DNA of 64,000 bases from Octopus sinensis (GCF_006345805.1 NC_043020.1:3596001-3660000); one strand, 5' to 3'; counted from the stretch's first letter, positions 1-14,357 are shown. Made by a program: numbers and translations. The notes: a model not told the origin generated them from the sequence alone.

Positions 1-384
1 TATTATTTTGAGTTTGATCGTTGTTATTATTATTATTATTGTTATTGACTGGATTTGTAGGGAACTGGTGATTGGGATTGAAAATCTTCATGGTGTATTG
101 TTGATATTTTCAGAGAGAAAAGTGAGTGATTTAAGGGCAATGTAGCTGCTGCTTCTAGCATATATAAAGAAAACCTTTCTCGTTTCTTTATCACTCTTGC
201 ATTATTGATGTTTTTCAATATTTTTTCCCGAATAAATACATTTATATGTTATAAAAAAGGAAATTTGAGAAATTATGAATTTTTTGCAACCCCACTCCCT
301 GCCCCTGATTGTTTCTGTTTATAAATTAAAATATTGGAGAACCTGAGAAGGTCATTGCTAGCATTTATCCACAGTGATTTAAAA

Positions 385-500
385 AACACTACGGATATGT
401 ACTTGCATAGCAAGTGACTTGATCTGAGATCGTGTACTAAAACAAAACAATATTAGCGTAGATGTTTGTAAGCCATTCAAGAACCCACAGAAACCGTTAG
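385..500 (+). repeat. Dispersed repeat, second copy at about 1924-2040
   Basis: Shared gtact.gcatagcaagtga.ttgatctgagatcgtgt...gtttgtaagccatt. Confidence 0.8.
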
Positions 501-506
501 TTTCAC

Positions 507-720
507 GGCACTACATAAATACAGAGGTCCTAAAGTATTTACATAACGATTTGAAGAGGAAAGTTAGTTTTAGGGTTAGTTTTTAGATTTAAGGTTAGGG
601 CTAGTTTATGGTTAGTTAGAGTGTCATTACACGTCCACACAGAGTACATTCAAAATGTTTTGTATATAGTACCTGTATTTAAGTAGGGCTGTTAAGGGAC
701 CTCTGTATTTAAGTAGTACC
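507..720. mobile_element. MITE-like element with degenerate TTAGGG-like interior
   Basis: 24 bp inverted ends, 22/24 matched (507-530 vs 697-720); interior ttagggttag...aaggttagggctag. No clear TSD. Confidence 0.55.
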
Positions 721-840
721 AGCTTCATTTCAACATTAAAATTTCATTTATGTCAAAATATTTTCTTCACTTTGAAACCGTGACCTGTCCACTGGCAAAA
801 CTTCGCAAAAGTAATGTAGCACGAAGTTTTGTCAATGAAC

Positions 841-878
<38 letters not shown>

Positions 879-1249
879 CACATTCATTGCCTTTCATTTG
901 TGTGTGTGTGTGTGTGTGCGTGTGTGCGTGAGTGTGTCTCACTCGTGCAGCTTGTTCGTGTACATATTGGCTTAGTGGTACAGAGTGTTTGGAAACTGTA
1001 AATAAGGTGCAAGTTTCGAGTACTTGTCAGTCGCTTTTCTTATCTCCTCATCTTCCAATAGTAATTACCCAACTTTCTAGACTCTTCTCACAGGTATCCC
1101 ACATTCAAAAATTATTTGGGTATTAAAAAAAATGTTTTCATTCAATAAATAATAAATTACGTATACATTACTAGAATAAACTGTCGGTTTTTCCAAATAG
1201 CGAATGAAAACTTGAAAGAGAAAGTGAGAGACTTTGCAAGTGAGAATGG

Positions 1250-1515
1250 AATGCTCCCTACATCATAGAGGTCGGCTGTCCTGCAGATATAAATATCTCT
1301 TTGAAAATCAAAGAAAATGAGGATATATATGGACAACTACTTCGAAACCCCCAGCTTCTACATCGAGACTATGAATTCATATTCATACCAATAATAATTG
1401 AAGCATTAGGTTTTGTTAGTAAATGATTAAGGAGAATCTGGATAAACTGAGATTTTCAGAAAAATTGACTGGATAATTCGTACATTACAAGTGCAGTAAA
1501 AATATGTAAGACTTC
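1250..1515 (+). pseudogene. R4/Dong-like LINE restriction-enzyme-like endonuclease fragment
   Basis: Manual translation YIIEVGCPADINISLKIKENEDIYGQLLRN...FIPIIIEALGFVSK matches the REL C-terminus (IIE..CP.D.N...K..EK..Y; PIIIGALG). Confidence 0.7.
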
Positions 1516-2365
1516 TCAAGTTCCAAATGTGAATTTGTCTGTGTTAACTACATCCCAAAGATGGAGCCCTGCATCTTTGTTGGAAACTGGGTCCCTCCTC
1601 AGTGGAAGATTTATGATAAATAGAAAAAATAGAAGAGACATACGTACATACATACGTGTGCGTGCGCGTGCACGTGTCCCCTTCGATTTTTGGACCTTCA
1701 CTTGATGAATATCACTTTAGCAAGTTGCCACACAAATCCCGCCCCTATTTGCCTTCCTCTCCATATTAAATCTCTAAATTTTTCTTTTCCATATTTGAAA
1801 CCTTATTTGACGGGTCATCTATTTCAGACGATTCGCTAATCAGAACTGCAAATTACCCCTGAAAAACGTTGGGAATGATGTATCAACAGAGAAGGGAACA
1901 ATTTTGAAAAACACAAATGTTATTACGGAAATGTACTCGCATAGCAAGTGATTTGATCTGAGATCGTGTGCTGGAACGAAAACAATTGCAGCGTGGAAGG
2001 TGTTTGTAAGCCATTTAAGAAACACACAAAAGCCGTTCGGTATTTTGAATAATCAATATAGTATCGAAAAAAGTTCGGTGGCTTTTTTGTAGACAGCTTT
2101 CCGAAGGTTGCTTTTCAGTTTGACGATTGTTACCAACACTGCTTCGTAATCCGAATCACCGACTTATTAAGTATTAGCACGAAAACACTATACCTGAATA
2201 AGTATTACATTTTATATGTATTGAGTACTTTTTTTTTCTCATTTGTAGTCCCAAACGCGCGCTCCTGTGTGTGTTCATAACCACATATACATTCACGTAC
2301 GTATACATGCAGACTAATACATACACAGACACACAGTCGTACAAACACACACACACACAATCGTA

Positions 2366-2401
<36 letters not shown>

Positions 2402-2909
2402 TGTATATGTTTGGATACAAAAATAAACAGACACATACGTTTGTACATATATTTCGTCCAATGCCTACCTACACCCCTACATACACAGGCTGCATGCCTG
2501 CCTATCTATATCTTCAACAAATCAGTGAAACCGATTGAAAAATTATACCTCTGTGGGCACATTTATCAGTAATGGTTAGGACAGGCGCTGCCTTCAGCTT
2601 GGCTCTGTCGTCTGCTGCTCGCATGCCGCCATGTTCGGTCTGGCTTCAGAAGGCTCGATGCCAGCATTTCACACTCATCTCTCTCTTTCTCCTCCTCTCT
2701 TCCCCTCTCTCTCTCCCTCTCCCTCTCTCCCTTTATCTTTATATCTCTCTCTGTTTTTACTCTATAATATCTAATCCACTTCCCCCACCGATCCGCTGCG
2801 CCTTCTTCTTCTTCTTCTTCTTCTTCTTTTTTTTTTCCTTCTTCTTCTTCATCTTCTTCTTTGTTAGTAAGTGGATGAGATGGGGGAACGAGGTGTATAT
2901 ATGTATCTG

Positions 2910-3008
<99 letters not shown>

Positions 3009-3457
3009 GTGTGTGTGTACACAAACATACATTCACAGGTTAACCAGAAAGATGCAGACAAATATAACTGGTGTTTTATCATTGGGAAACGGAGACTGCT
3101 TATGTCTGAAAATGTGCTCAGTACTCTGAGTGTGTGTGTATATACATACATACCTACATGTATACACACACACACATACACACACTTACGCCTTGTTTGC
3201 GTGCGTTTGTGTACAAACGGATGCAAATAATAAATCAGTAACAAGAAGAGAGAAACTGAAGGAAACATCAAAGAAACTAAAATAGTAAACAAAAACAAGT
3301 AAATATATTTCCAAAACAAATAAATAAAAGTACCTAAAACAGAATAAGAAAGAGCGGATGAAGAGGATGAGAGAGAGAGGAGGAGGAGGTGGTTGAGGAA
3401 TATGAGAGAGAGAGAGAGGAGGGAGTGGGTGAAGAGGATGAGAGAGAGGTGGTTGAG

Positions 3458-3500
<43 letters not shown>

Positions 3501-3764
3501 GAAGTGGTTGAGGAGGATGGGAGAGAATGAGAAAGTGGAAGAGATACTCAGGCAAACCCAGAAACACGGGTGTTTGTGTATAATTCGAGGTGGCGAGTGG
3601 AGCGCGAAGAGGAGGGGACACAGAACATAAGAGATGTGGAAGGATTAACATGTTTAATGTTGTGAGCCCCAAAATAACTTCTAATTCATCGAAATTACTA
3701 CCCTAATGAGATATTCGATCTCTGCGAATGAACACACGCACACACTCACACACATACTATATGT

Positions 3765-3925
3765 ACGGCGTGGCTGTGTGGTAAGAAGGTTTCTTTTCAA
3801 CCACATGGTTCTGAGTTCAGTCCCACTGCGTGACACCCTGAGCAAGTGTCTTCAACTGTAGCCTCGGGCCGAGCAAAGCCTTGTGAGTGGATTTGGTTGA
3901 CGGAAACTGAAAAAAGTCAGTCGTA
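3765..3925 (+). mobile_element. tRNA-derived SINE family B head
   Basis: ggcgtggctgtgtggtaagaag...ggttctgagttcagtcccactgcgtgacaccctgagcaagtgtcttc; related copies at 12721 and about 40290. Confidence 0.85.
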
Positions 3926-4059
3926 TTTTTAATGTGTGTGTGTAAATTTATGTGTATGTGAGGAAGACAGGCAGATAAGAGAAAGAGAGAAACGACAAAC
4001 ACTTGTCAAAGTGTGGGTTTTTTTTCCCTAGTAACCACAACTTTTGAGATAGTGATTTC

Positions 4060-4212
4060 TAACCTAGCTCACACACATCCTCGCCTCTTTTTACATGTCC
4101 CTGTAAATTTTTGAGCGAATCCGACGGGATCTAGTGCCCTTTAACCCCTTCCAATGCCAAAACCAGACAAACAAACAAACTTTTCTCATTTCAGATGATT
4201 ATATATAGAGAT
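4060..4212 (-). mobile_element. Helitron-like head fragment
   Basis: Minus ATCTCTATATATAATC...GTTTGTTTGTTTGTC head; shares TACATGTCCCTGTAAATTT.GAGCGAATC.GACGG with about 26960-27000. Confidence 0.5.
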
Positions 4213-4649
4213 GAGTGTATTTTTCCCTTGTCGACAATTAACACGGAAAAAATAGATAAATAGTTACCAGGGTAGCAAAAAAATCACACAAATAAAGAGA
4301 TTGTAACTCCTGGTTTTTAAAGGTAGAAACTTCAGGTTTACGTGGGATTTTTTGTATAATATTATAATATATTATACACATATGTATGCCTGTACATATA
4401 TAAATGTATGCATGTACATATATAAATGCTTGTGTGTATGTGTGTGTGTGTATGTGTGTGAGTTTGTGTGTGTACTGTTCGTACTCATTACACAATGTCG
4501 AGTATAATTCATTTAAAGTTGGTGTTTACAAGTTCGTTCCGATGGTGAGCTGAATTGAAATGATCTTGTTTTCCAAGATGGTGTTGAGGGCTCTCACACA
4601 CACACACACACACACATATATGTATGTATGTATGTATGTATGTAATGTA

Positions 4650-5161
4650 TATTTCTTTACTACCCACAAGGGGCTAAACATAGAGGGGACAAACAAGGAC
4701 AGACAAACGGATTAAGTCGATTACATCGACCCCAGTGCGAAACTGGTACTTTATTTATCGACCCCGAAAGGATGAAAGGCAAAGTCGACCTCGGCGGAAT
4801 TTGAACTCAGAACATAACGGCAGACGAAATACGGCTGCGCATTTCGCCCGGCGTGCTAACGGTTCTACCAACTCGCCGCCTTGTATGTATGTATGTATGT
4901 ATGTATGTATGTATGTATGTATGTATGTATATTTCTTTACTACCCACAAGGGGCTAAACATAGAGGGGACAAACAAGGACAGACAAACGGATTAAGTCGA
5001 TTACATCGACCCCAGTGCGAAAACTGGTACTTTATTTATCGACCCCGAAAGGATGAAGGCAAAGTCGACCTCGGCGGAATTTGAATCAGAACATAACGGC
5101 AGACGAAATACGGCTGCGCATTTCGCCCGGCGTGCTAACGGTTCTACCAACTCGCCGCCTT
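4650..5161 (-). mobile_element. Two tandem full-length SINE family A copies (4650-4882 and 4930-5161)
   Basis: Minus head GGCGGCGAGTTGGTAGAACCGTTAGCACGCCGGGCGAAATG...GAGTTCAAATTCC, tail GCCCCTTGTGGGTAGTAAAGAAATA; period 280 bp, separated by (TATG)n. Confidence 0.92.
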
Positions 5162-5234
5162 GTATGTATGTATGTATGTATGTATGTATGTATGTATTAT
5201 ATATATATATGTATGTATGTGTGTTTGTAAGTAT

Positions 5235-5281
<47 letters not shown>

Positions 5282-5447
5282 TATATGCATGAATGCATTC
5301 CTCGAGGTATGATCACTCTCTGACAATCCAAGAGATCAAGTTCACCGGTCTCGGATGATGAGTAAGGGTCAAGGACTCTGCCCCTTACTCCAGACTCAGC
5401 AACTATAACAAAATAGTTGAACAAAGATACTATTAAACCACCACCAC

Positions 5448-5481
<34 letters not shown>

Positions 5482-5755
5482 CACATTGTTGCTGCTTCTT
5501 GTTGCCGTCGCCATCATGTTTGTCTTACATCGAATCTGAAACATCCACACAGTAGGGTACCCGCAGAACATTTCAGATACACCCCATTAACACACTTCAT
5601 ACAGACCCTGTGTGCATGTGTGTGTGTGACAGAGAGAGAGCACGTGATATAAATACATCCATATGCATATACACACACTCATATATGTGTGTGTGTGTGT
5701 GGTGCATGTGTACATGAGTTGCATAGTCTACATTTACAGATACTCGATACACACG

Positions 5756-5798
<43 letters not shown>

Positions 5799-6425
5799 TG
5801 TGTGTGTGTGTGATTGTGTACATATACATATTCCTATTTATATATTTGCAACACATAAACACATTATTGTTATTATTGTTGTTGTTGTTATTTTTATTAT
5901 AAACTGCATACTTTTTGTTTCAATTCACTCGTGGATAAAATACGACAAACATATGCAAAAATCAGAGTGCACCATTTTTTGTCTGGAATCAGAGAAAACA
6001 GGTAAGAATTCTGAAAATCTAGTGGTACACGGTCACCTCGACCTGATAGAAATACGGACGAAATATCCCAGAAATCACTCGTCAACATCGTATGTAATTG
6101 ATACATTAATTATTTTGTCACTGATATATATATATAGATGGGGTGGTCACAGATGTAACGCGTTTTGGTTAAAGAGTTAATTCACCCTCTCATGAACAGA
6201 ATTAACCTCAATTTAAACAGCACCAACGATAACAACAGCTCGTGACTCCACGACAGAAAGTCTTCGGTCGCAAGCTTGATTAATCATAATCTGGGGCTAA
6301 AGAACAATAATTAATATTGTTAAAATTTAAATCAGTAAGGGAAATAGCTTCAGTGGACAATATCAGAGAGAGAGGGAGATAGATGGATAGAGAGAGTGAG
6401 ATAGATAGATAGAGAGAGGGAGAGA

Positions 6426-6500
<75 letters not shown>

Positions 6501-6519
6501 TTACCCTTGAAATGTACCG

Positions 6520-7170
6520 CTGCAATATTGTTTTCCTTCCAGTGAGAATGGAAATATTACCTGTATTTAATTTCAGAAAGATGTCTCAGAACGAAGTCAG
6601 GTTGTCTATAGCTTTAATAATTGCACCTTAAAATTTAGTAATTCGAAGAGACTCTAACACCTAAAAGCAAGGAACAGAGCTGAATGCTTTCATGCAAACC
6701 AGCCCCAAAATCGCACCTCTGATATCACAGTTTTGATCTAGATTTGTTCAGCACATCCCCAGCCTTGTTGCTTCCCTAGGTGGTTGTTCAAATGTGATAT
6801 TATTATTTACACGGTGATCTGGGAGCTCAGACAGGTTGCAAACATTTTAAACATGAAATTCTCGTACGCAATTGTCGGTCAGTAAGTTTTCGCTATGTAA
6901 GTGGCATTGGTTTTAAGTAACAGTCTGCTTTCTGCAGGTGCGAACCTGCTTCGTATGTTGATGTCTTCAATGAGAGCTTCTTCGTAAAGATCAATAAGAA
7001 ACCACCCAAAAATGTGAAATTTTTGTTCCAGTATCGAATAACCACGCCCCTTCCTGGTTCTTTCCTATCCAGAAGGTTTGGGATTACAGTTCGAAGTTTT
7101 GCTACTGATTTAATGTTTTTTATAACCCAGGCTTCTTTGTCTGCTTTCTCCCTTACATAGGATTGTTGCA
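6520..7170 (-). pseudogene. Degenerate R4/Dong-like reverse transcriptase fragment
   Basis: Frameshifted minus-strand pieces RKEPGRGVVIRYWNK (KAPG.DGI..YW.K), PTIAYENFMFKMF (RPI.C.N.MYK), NNNITFEQ, CMKAFSSVP (KKAFDSVP). Confidence 0.6.
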
Positions 7171-7257
7171 ACCTTTTTTCGATATATATACATAAAATAC
7201 AAAAATTGGACAAGAACACAAAACATCCAGACAGTAATAGATAGATAGATAGATAAT

Positions 7258-7358
<101 letters not shown>

Positions 7359-8001
7359 TGATAGATAGATTGATAGATAGATAGATAGCTATATAGATAC
7401 AGAGATATAACATAAAATACGGATAGAAAAAATTACATCTTTATTATAGATCTCACCTTATAAAGCCGACAATTGTTTTTATTGCCTTAGCATGCATACA
7501 TACGGATTAATATAACGGGGCCCATGGAACTAATGACGACCCAAGCTGAATTATCCAAACGATGGATTATCCAAACGATGGATGAACAACAACTACCAGA
7601 ATATTTCTTGCTTTGCGAAGGAATAAAGTTCCACTGCTATTTTAAAGTTAGTTTCTTTTGTTAATTCTACGAGTGAACATGCAAAATATATCATACAATG
7701 GTATGCATGGTTCTTTAGTAAAACCAAGGGAGATTTTAGACCAACGTAAAACTACCATTGCGACCCAATATGGGAAATCAATAATCTTCGGCGACCTATG
7801 TTTTTTGAATGCGAAAACAGAAACAAAAACGAACGAAAAACAAACAAAAATTTCCAAAAATTAGCCACGCGTAACAGTTTACACTTTTTCAGAGAGATAT
7901 TCTTCAATTTTCCAGGAAAATGTATGTGTTTTGTATCATTAATTTCTGTGGCTTATTGTATCATATATTCATGCAAATTTTATATTTTATTTTATGAAAT
8001 A

Positions 8002-9561
8002 CTAGCATTATGACCCGTCGTTGCCGGGTCATAATGCTAGTGCATGTATATATGTGTATATATATGTGTACATATTACATGTACATCTATATATATACAT
8101 CTACACATAAAATATAAAATACAAAGTTATATCTTGATATCGCTAGTGATAACAATACTCAAAATATATAACAGACTGGAATTGTTAGCCCGTCTCTTGC
8201 AATTTCGATCAATTGTATCTTGTCCTCCCTCTTGTGTAGAAGTGTGGCTACAATCCAGCCTACCTCAACTTCTGGGGGCGGGGGAACATTTTAAATTTTT
8301 ATCCGGCACGTCCTACGTCCCAGATATAAAGGTAAAAGTAAAATATTTCCACTTTGCAAGGTTCGAGTCGAGTACTCCCTTGCACGCTCCGTTGACTCGA
8401 ACCTTGCTTCTATTGTGGCGAATTTACCGCCTCTGGTTAAATATCTTTCATAGTCGCACCAAGACACTTTTCGATGGTACTTTCCTCCAGGTGTTCAAAT
8501 CTTTTTTTTTCTCTCTATATAGTATACTTTATAGACAATAAGTCTTTTCTTTAACTTAAAATTTTTATTTTGTTTGGTGGTGTTATCCTAGATTCACCAT
8601 CTTTGTCGGTGATCAATCCGTATTTCTTCCATTTTAATTTCAATGAGTTCGCGCCCGCCGACGGCTGCAGCAAAATTCATTTTTGGACTTTCTTCTATCG
8701 AAGGCATTCTAACGAAAATGCTTCCGTGTAAACGGTGAAAATATTGTCAATTTCCCCAAACAGGGACACAATTCAATTTTTAAACAATAACCAAAGCTCC
8801 TTCTCCCGAAGGGGGAGGGTTACAGTTTACAATTATTTAACAAATGCAACACAACAATGTTTCCTTTACGAGGAACCAACAAACGTGATAACAATAGTTA
8901 AACAGTAATAATAACAACAAACCTTACGATGAGTCAGAAAGCAGTAAGCAGTTGAAGTCCTTTATGTATAAGAAATAAAACAAACAGGAGCGGCTTTTTC
9001 GAGAAAACAGATATTACATACAGCCAAACTTCATATAGATACTTAATGCTAGCTAATTAGCAGATAATCTAATGTAAAAGTCGTGGTAAGGGTATTGCAC
9101 ACCTCCATCTGGACTATTCATTTCTGCACGCTAATTTATTTTAATTTATCCCATTCATGTGAAACCACTTATTCAAGTCAAATCATTGATGCAATTTATA
9201 CCAATTGCTATTTTTACTTTTTTATGTTACGATTATATTATATTTAGTTTGATTTTATTATTACTTACTAGATATAATTCAATTGTTATTATTTTTTTTG
9301 TTAAAGTGAAAGCATCTGACATAAAATAGAGAAATGTTTTTGTTTCACTTTTAACGCGTAATACTGAAATAGTGGAGAATATATGATATTGCTATGGGCT
9401 CGCTCTAGGCAAGAAGTTGAACATTTTTTTTGCCCATGACACTCCCCGGACCCTAAGTAAGGCATGTGTAAAATTTGAATGAAATTGGTTGTGCAGTTCT
9501 CAAGTTTTAGGGAAACACACATACAGACAGACAGACATTCTCAGTTTTATATATAGAGAGA
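8002..9561 (-). mobile_element. Probable non-autonomous Helitron-like element
   Basis: Minus 5' A|TCTCTCTATATATAAAACTGAGAATGTCTGTCTG head at 9561 and CGGGTCATAATGCTAG|T end at 8002. That the interior is one continuous element is not proven. Confidence 0.5.
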
Positions 9562-9659
9562 TTTCAAAAGCAAAATAACTGATCTTCGTAACTCTTTCAG
9601 AGTCACACTGTCACCTGGAGAGTGAAAAGCGTTGCATTAAAGGTAAATCAACGAAAGAG

Positions 9660-10680
9660 AATATGTATGTATGTATGTATTTAGTATGATTTAGGTATGT
9701 AGTGGTTAGTATGTGATGTATGATGTATGTATGTGTGTTGTATGGATGTAATGTTGATGTATGTAGTATGTATGTGATGTATGTATGTATGTATGATGTA
9801 TGTATGATGTATGATGTATATATGTATGTATGTATGTATGTATGTAGTGTATTATGTATGTATGTATGTATGTGCATGTATATATGTATGTGTATGTATG
9901 TATGTATGTTGTATGTATGTATGTATGTATGTATGTATGATATATGTATGTGATTGTTATGTATGTATGTATGTGTGTATGTATGTAGGTATGTAGTATG
10001 CGTGTATGTATGTAGGTATGTATGATATATGTGTGTATGTGTTATGTATGGATGTATTATGTATGTATGTATGTATGTATGTATGTATGTATGTATGTAT
10101 GTATGTTATGTATGTATGTATGTATGTATGTACGTACGTATGTATGTATGTAATGTATGTATGTATGTAGATGTATGTGTGTATGTATGTATGTATGTAT
10201 GTGTATGTGTTTATGTATGTATGTATGTATGTATGTATAGTATGTATGTATGCATGCATGTATGTATGTGTTTATGTATGTATGTATGTATGTATGTATG
10301 TAGTAGTATGTATGTATGTATGTATGTTGTATGGATGTATGTGTATGTTATGTATGTATGTATGTATGTATGTATGTATGTATGTAGTATGTATGTATGT
10401 ATGTATGTAAGTATGTATGTTGTATGTAGGTATGTATGTATGTATTATGTAGTATGTATGTATGTTGTTGTAGTAATGTATGTATGTATGTATGTATGTA
10501 ATGTATGTAATGTATGTATGTTTGTATGTATGTATGCAAGCATGTAGGTATGTATGTGTGTATGTATATGTGTGTGTGTATGTTTGTATGCAAGCATATA
10601 TGTATGTATGGATGCATGTACGTACATATGAATGTATGCATGTATACCTTCCTGCATGCTTGTATGTATGTCTGTATGTT
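9660..10680. repeat. ~1 kb degenerate (TATG)n microsatellite
   Basis: Direct inspection; similar tracts at about 34540-34847 and 60395-60935. Confidence 0.97.
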
Positions 10681-11285
10681 TTTTTTTTTGAGTTTAATTT
10701 CTTTAGAGAGTTGAAGCCGGTCGCCAACAAAGCAACAAGACTTTTTCAGTTAGGAAAGTTTCCGGTATTTGTAAATATGAGGTTGAGTCAGTGTATTGGT
10801 TGAACTGTTGATGCACCCAATTGTCTGTGTCTAAGAATCTCACAGAGAAATTTTGGAATGTCTTACAAATTTTACTGTGCCCCTATTAGATTGGATTTGG
10901 AGAATCCACGTCCGTAAAATTTCCGAATTCTCAAGACGTTTCCAAAACTTCTCCAGTGAACGGAACACCAGTGTATCAGAGTGAAACCCGCGTATATTGT
11001 ATTTATTTTCAGCTGAATGTCTCGGAACAATATAAAATGAAGTGTCTTGCTCATTAACACAATGCGCTGCCTGTCTGGGTATCGAACACATGTGTCAAAC
11101 TATCCTGAGCCCAACACCCTACCCACTGGGCTACCTGCTTTCACATACAGGCACAGGCCGGCACAGTGTGTGTGTGTCTGTGTGTGTGTAATTTGCATAC
11201 ATATGTACAGACTCAAATACACGTACACACATTGGCACACGCACATATGAAATAAATAAGATACATAGATATGATACATAGGTTT

Positions 11286-11357
<72 letters not shown>

Positions 11358-11622
11358 TAGACAGTTAAAAATGGAATTAAGAACCCTTACAAATCAAAGG
11401 TTACAGGTAAAACTAAAAGTGGAAACAGTACGGAAGTATAATTAGGGATTTTTTGTCCCCTTAAATCGTAAGGGATAAGTATTTTTACATTTGTTATTTT
11501 AAGTAACCTTTATAAAATATTACCGGATTCGATGTGTGTGCCCATTTAATTAGATATTAAAAATTCACACACACACACACACACACACGCACACACACAC
11601 ACACATACACACACACATACAC

Positions 11623-11656
<34 letters not shown>

Positions 11657-12273
11657 CACATATAAATATACACATATAAACACAAGGACGCAGAGGGCGC
11701 GTTTAAGAATTGCATTTCATAATCATGGTGACCCAAGTTCGATTCCATCCGGAACGACCCAGTACTTGGTTGACGGAAGCTCGGTTGGTAGAAACTGTGT
11801 GAAAATCTTTACAGGGATTGTACCTGCAATTTCAAGGGCCGTCAGTGTTGTTACATTCTCAATCTAATGTTTTCCACAAAGGGGTTACCTTAAAGGGCCA
11901 ATGTGCCTTTGGAACAACAACCTGCCACCTCAATCATTATTACTATTCAATTAATTAATTCACTTGATTAGACTGCTGCGTTACAACTTACTGCCGAAAG
12001 AAACAACTGGCGTCCCGTCCAGCTGGGGGGGGGGGAACACATGCGCCATAGAAACCGGGAAACCGGTCCCATGAGCCTGGCTAGGCTTTAGAAAGGGCGC
12101 ATTTATTATATTTTATATGGGTACAGCTCGATGCAATCCCCAAAAACTGGATCGCCATTCAGAATCTTTAGTAAGTGGCCATCATAATAGAATAGGAGCT
12201 TTATTTGCATGTTCAAAACGTTTCCCCTAAACAAATTTAAGATACACACACGCACATACACACACACACACAC

Positions 12274-12324
<51 letters not shown>

Positions 12325-12670
12325 ACAATACTATTACAACAAAAGAGATGACATCGAAGTTTCCACCTGCTGGCCTCCTCCATCCGAGGAAGGCCGAAAC
12401 TTCGAAGTCACTAATCAACTTTTAACAATACCTGTAAAATTGTTTTTATTTTCAGTCGACATAAAAATCGGGACTTAATACACACATATATACATATATA
12501 ATATATATATGTGTGTGTGTGTGTGTGGGTGGTGTGTATGTATGTATGAATGTATACATATACATGTGTGTGTGTATGCGTGTGTGCGTGTGTTTATGTG
12601 GTGTGTGTGTGTGTGTGTGTGTGTGTGTGCATGTAAGTATACATATACATATACATATATATACATACAT

Positions 12671-12714
<44 letters not shown>

Positions 12715-12720
12715 GTATAT

Positions 12721-13190
12721 GGGCGCAGGCGTCGCTGTGTGGTAAGAAGCTGTTTCCGGTTTCAGTCCCCTTCAAAGCGGTCCTCCAGCAAGGCCCCAAT
12801 CAAATAAATTACCGAAACAAGTAAAATACTATCTACACATACTGGACAAGATGCCTGCCTGGGGTTAAAAGATTGTAACATGGTCCTACACACGACTGCC
12901 TCTTCACGTTGCCAAATAGATACTATAGCCCCGGGCCGACCGAAGCTTTGAGTGGATATGGTAGACGGAAAACCCGTCGTATGTGCGCGCGCGCATGCGT
13001 GCACGTTTGCCTCCACCGGCGCTTGACAACGAGTGCTAGTGTGTTTACGTCCCTGTAACTTAGCGGTTCGTCAAAAGAGTGCGATAGAATAAGTACCAGG
13101 CTTTAAAAATATAGTTCTGCGATCGATTTGTTCGACTAAAACCCTTCAAGGCGATACCTCAGTATGGCCACAGTCAAATCAAGTATAAGA
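12721..13190 (+). mobile_element. SINE family B with 3' extension
   Basis: Head as at 3765, plus cgcttgacaac...gtgtttacgtccc.gtaacttagcggttcg...gatagaataagtac. The same tail occurs inverted at about 34150-34240, 43330-43520 and 55900-56085. Confidence 0.8.
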
Positions 13191-13195
13191 AAAGA

Positions 13196-13226
<31 letters not shown>

Positions 13227-13227
13227 A

Positions 13228-13306
<79 letters not shown>

Positions 13307-14357
13307 TGGTGAGCATCCTTGTTGTATTGGAAGACAATGGAGTTGCGCATGAAATAATCCAGTCCGGCTTTTACATTTCGTGTCGTAGTACATCTCCTGC
13401 TGTGGATAGTGGGTAGCGATTTTCTTCACTACTTCAGGGAGTGACGACCCTGCCTGACACGAATCCCGGGCTCAGCTGGCTCCGGCTGACAGTGCCCGGT
13501 ACGGGCCCCTATTCAGGGTTACGGAAAGGAGACAACCTTCAAAGAAATCCGGAGTGGAGCCCCGTAGGCGGTTTAGTGTTCGACTCGACACTCTTCCGGC
13601 AGCTCCTGCAACCAAGCTGGTGCCAAATGTAATGCTCTGCACTCCTTTGGACTACGTCAGCAAGGTCGAGAGAGGAATCCTGACAATTGGGCAACCCAGG
13701 ATTTTCTTATTTCTAGCCCAGGCCTGCGCAAAACTGGAGAGGACACTTCAGTGCTGCTGTAAAAAGTGGCAGAGAAAACACGGGCGGTAGCAGTCATGAG
13801 TGATTTATTTATTACTTGTTTGTCCCCTCTATGTTTAGCCCCTTGTGGGCAGTAAAGAAATAGATATATATATTACATATATAAATATAAATATATATCA
13901 CCTAGCTGCCCGGATGTTTTGCGTTCTTGTCCCATTTTGTATTATATATATATATATATTTACTGTTACTCAGTTCCACGTTCCCGTTCGTTGGACAGTC
14001 TTGTTTAGTGTGTGTGTGTATATACTCACGAACATGCACACACATAGATGCATGTTTAATTGGGTTGTGTAATTGTGTAATCACTACAGAACACAAATAC
14101 TTTGCGGGGAGTAAATAATAACTGACACTATTTACAACCGAAGATCCGTCGTTCCAAATGAATTCTCAAAACAATTTTAAGGGGTAAAACGTCTTAGTAA
14201 ATAGTCACTGTGAATGTGTGCGCGCGTGCATAGATACACACACACGTGTATATATATATATATAAACTTTCGTATGATATTATCCATATAAATCAAATGG
14301 GGTGATTATAATCAAAATAAGCAACTAGGATATCCGAAGGTAGTGTAGTACAATTAG

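Noticed and set aside
560-620. Telomeric repeat
   Set aside because: Only a few degenerate TTAGGG-like units inside a TIR-bounded element.
5352-5395. CGGAUGAU-GAGUAAGGG/CCCUUACUC-CAGAC, hammerhead-like
   Set aside because: The 9 bp stem is real but both core halves are mutated and stems I and III are not evident; at best a dead relic.
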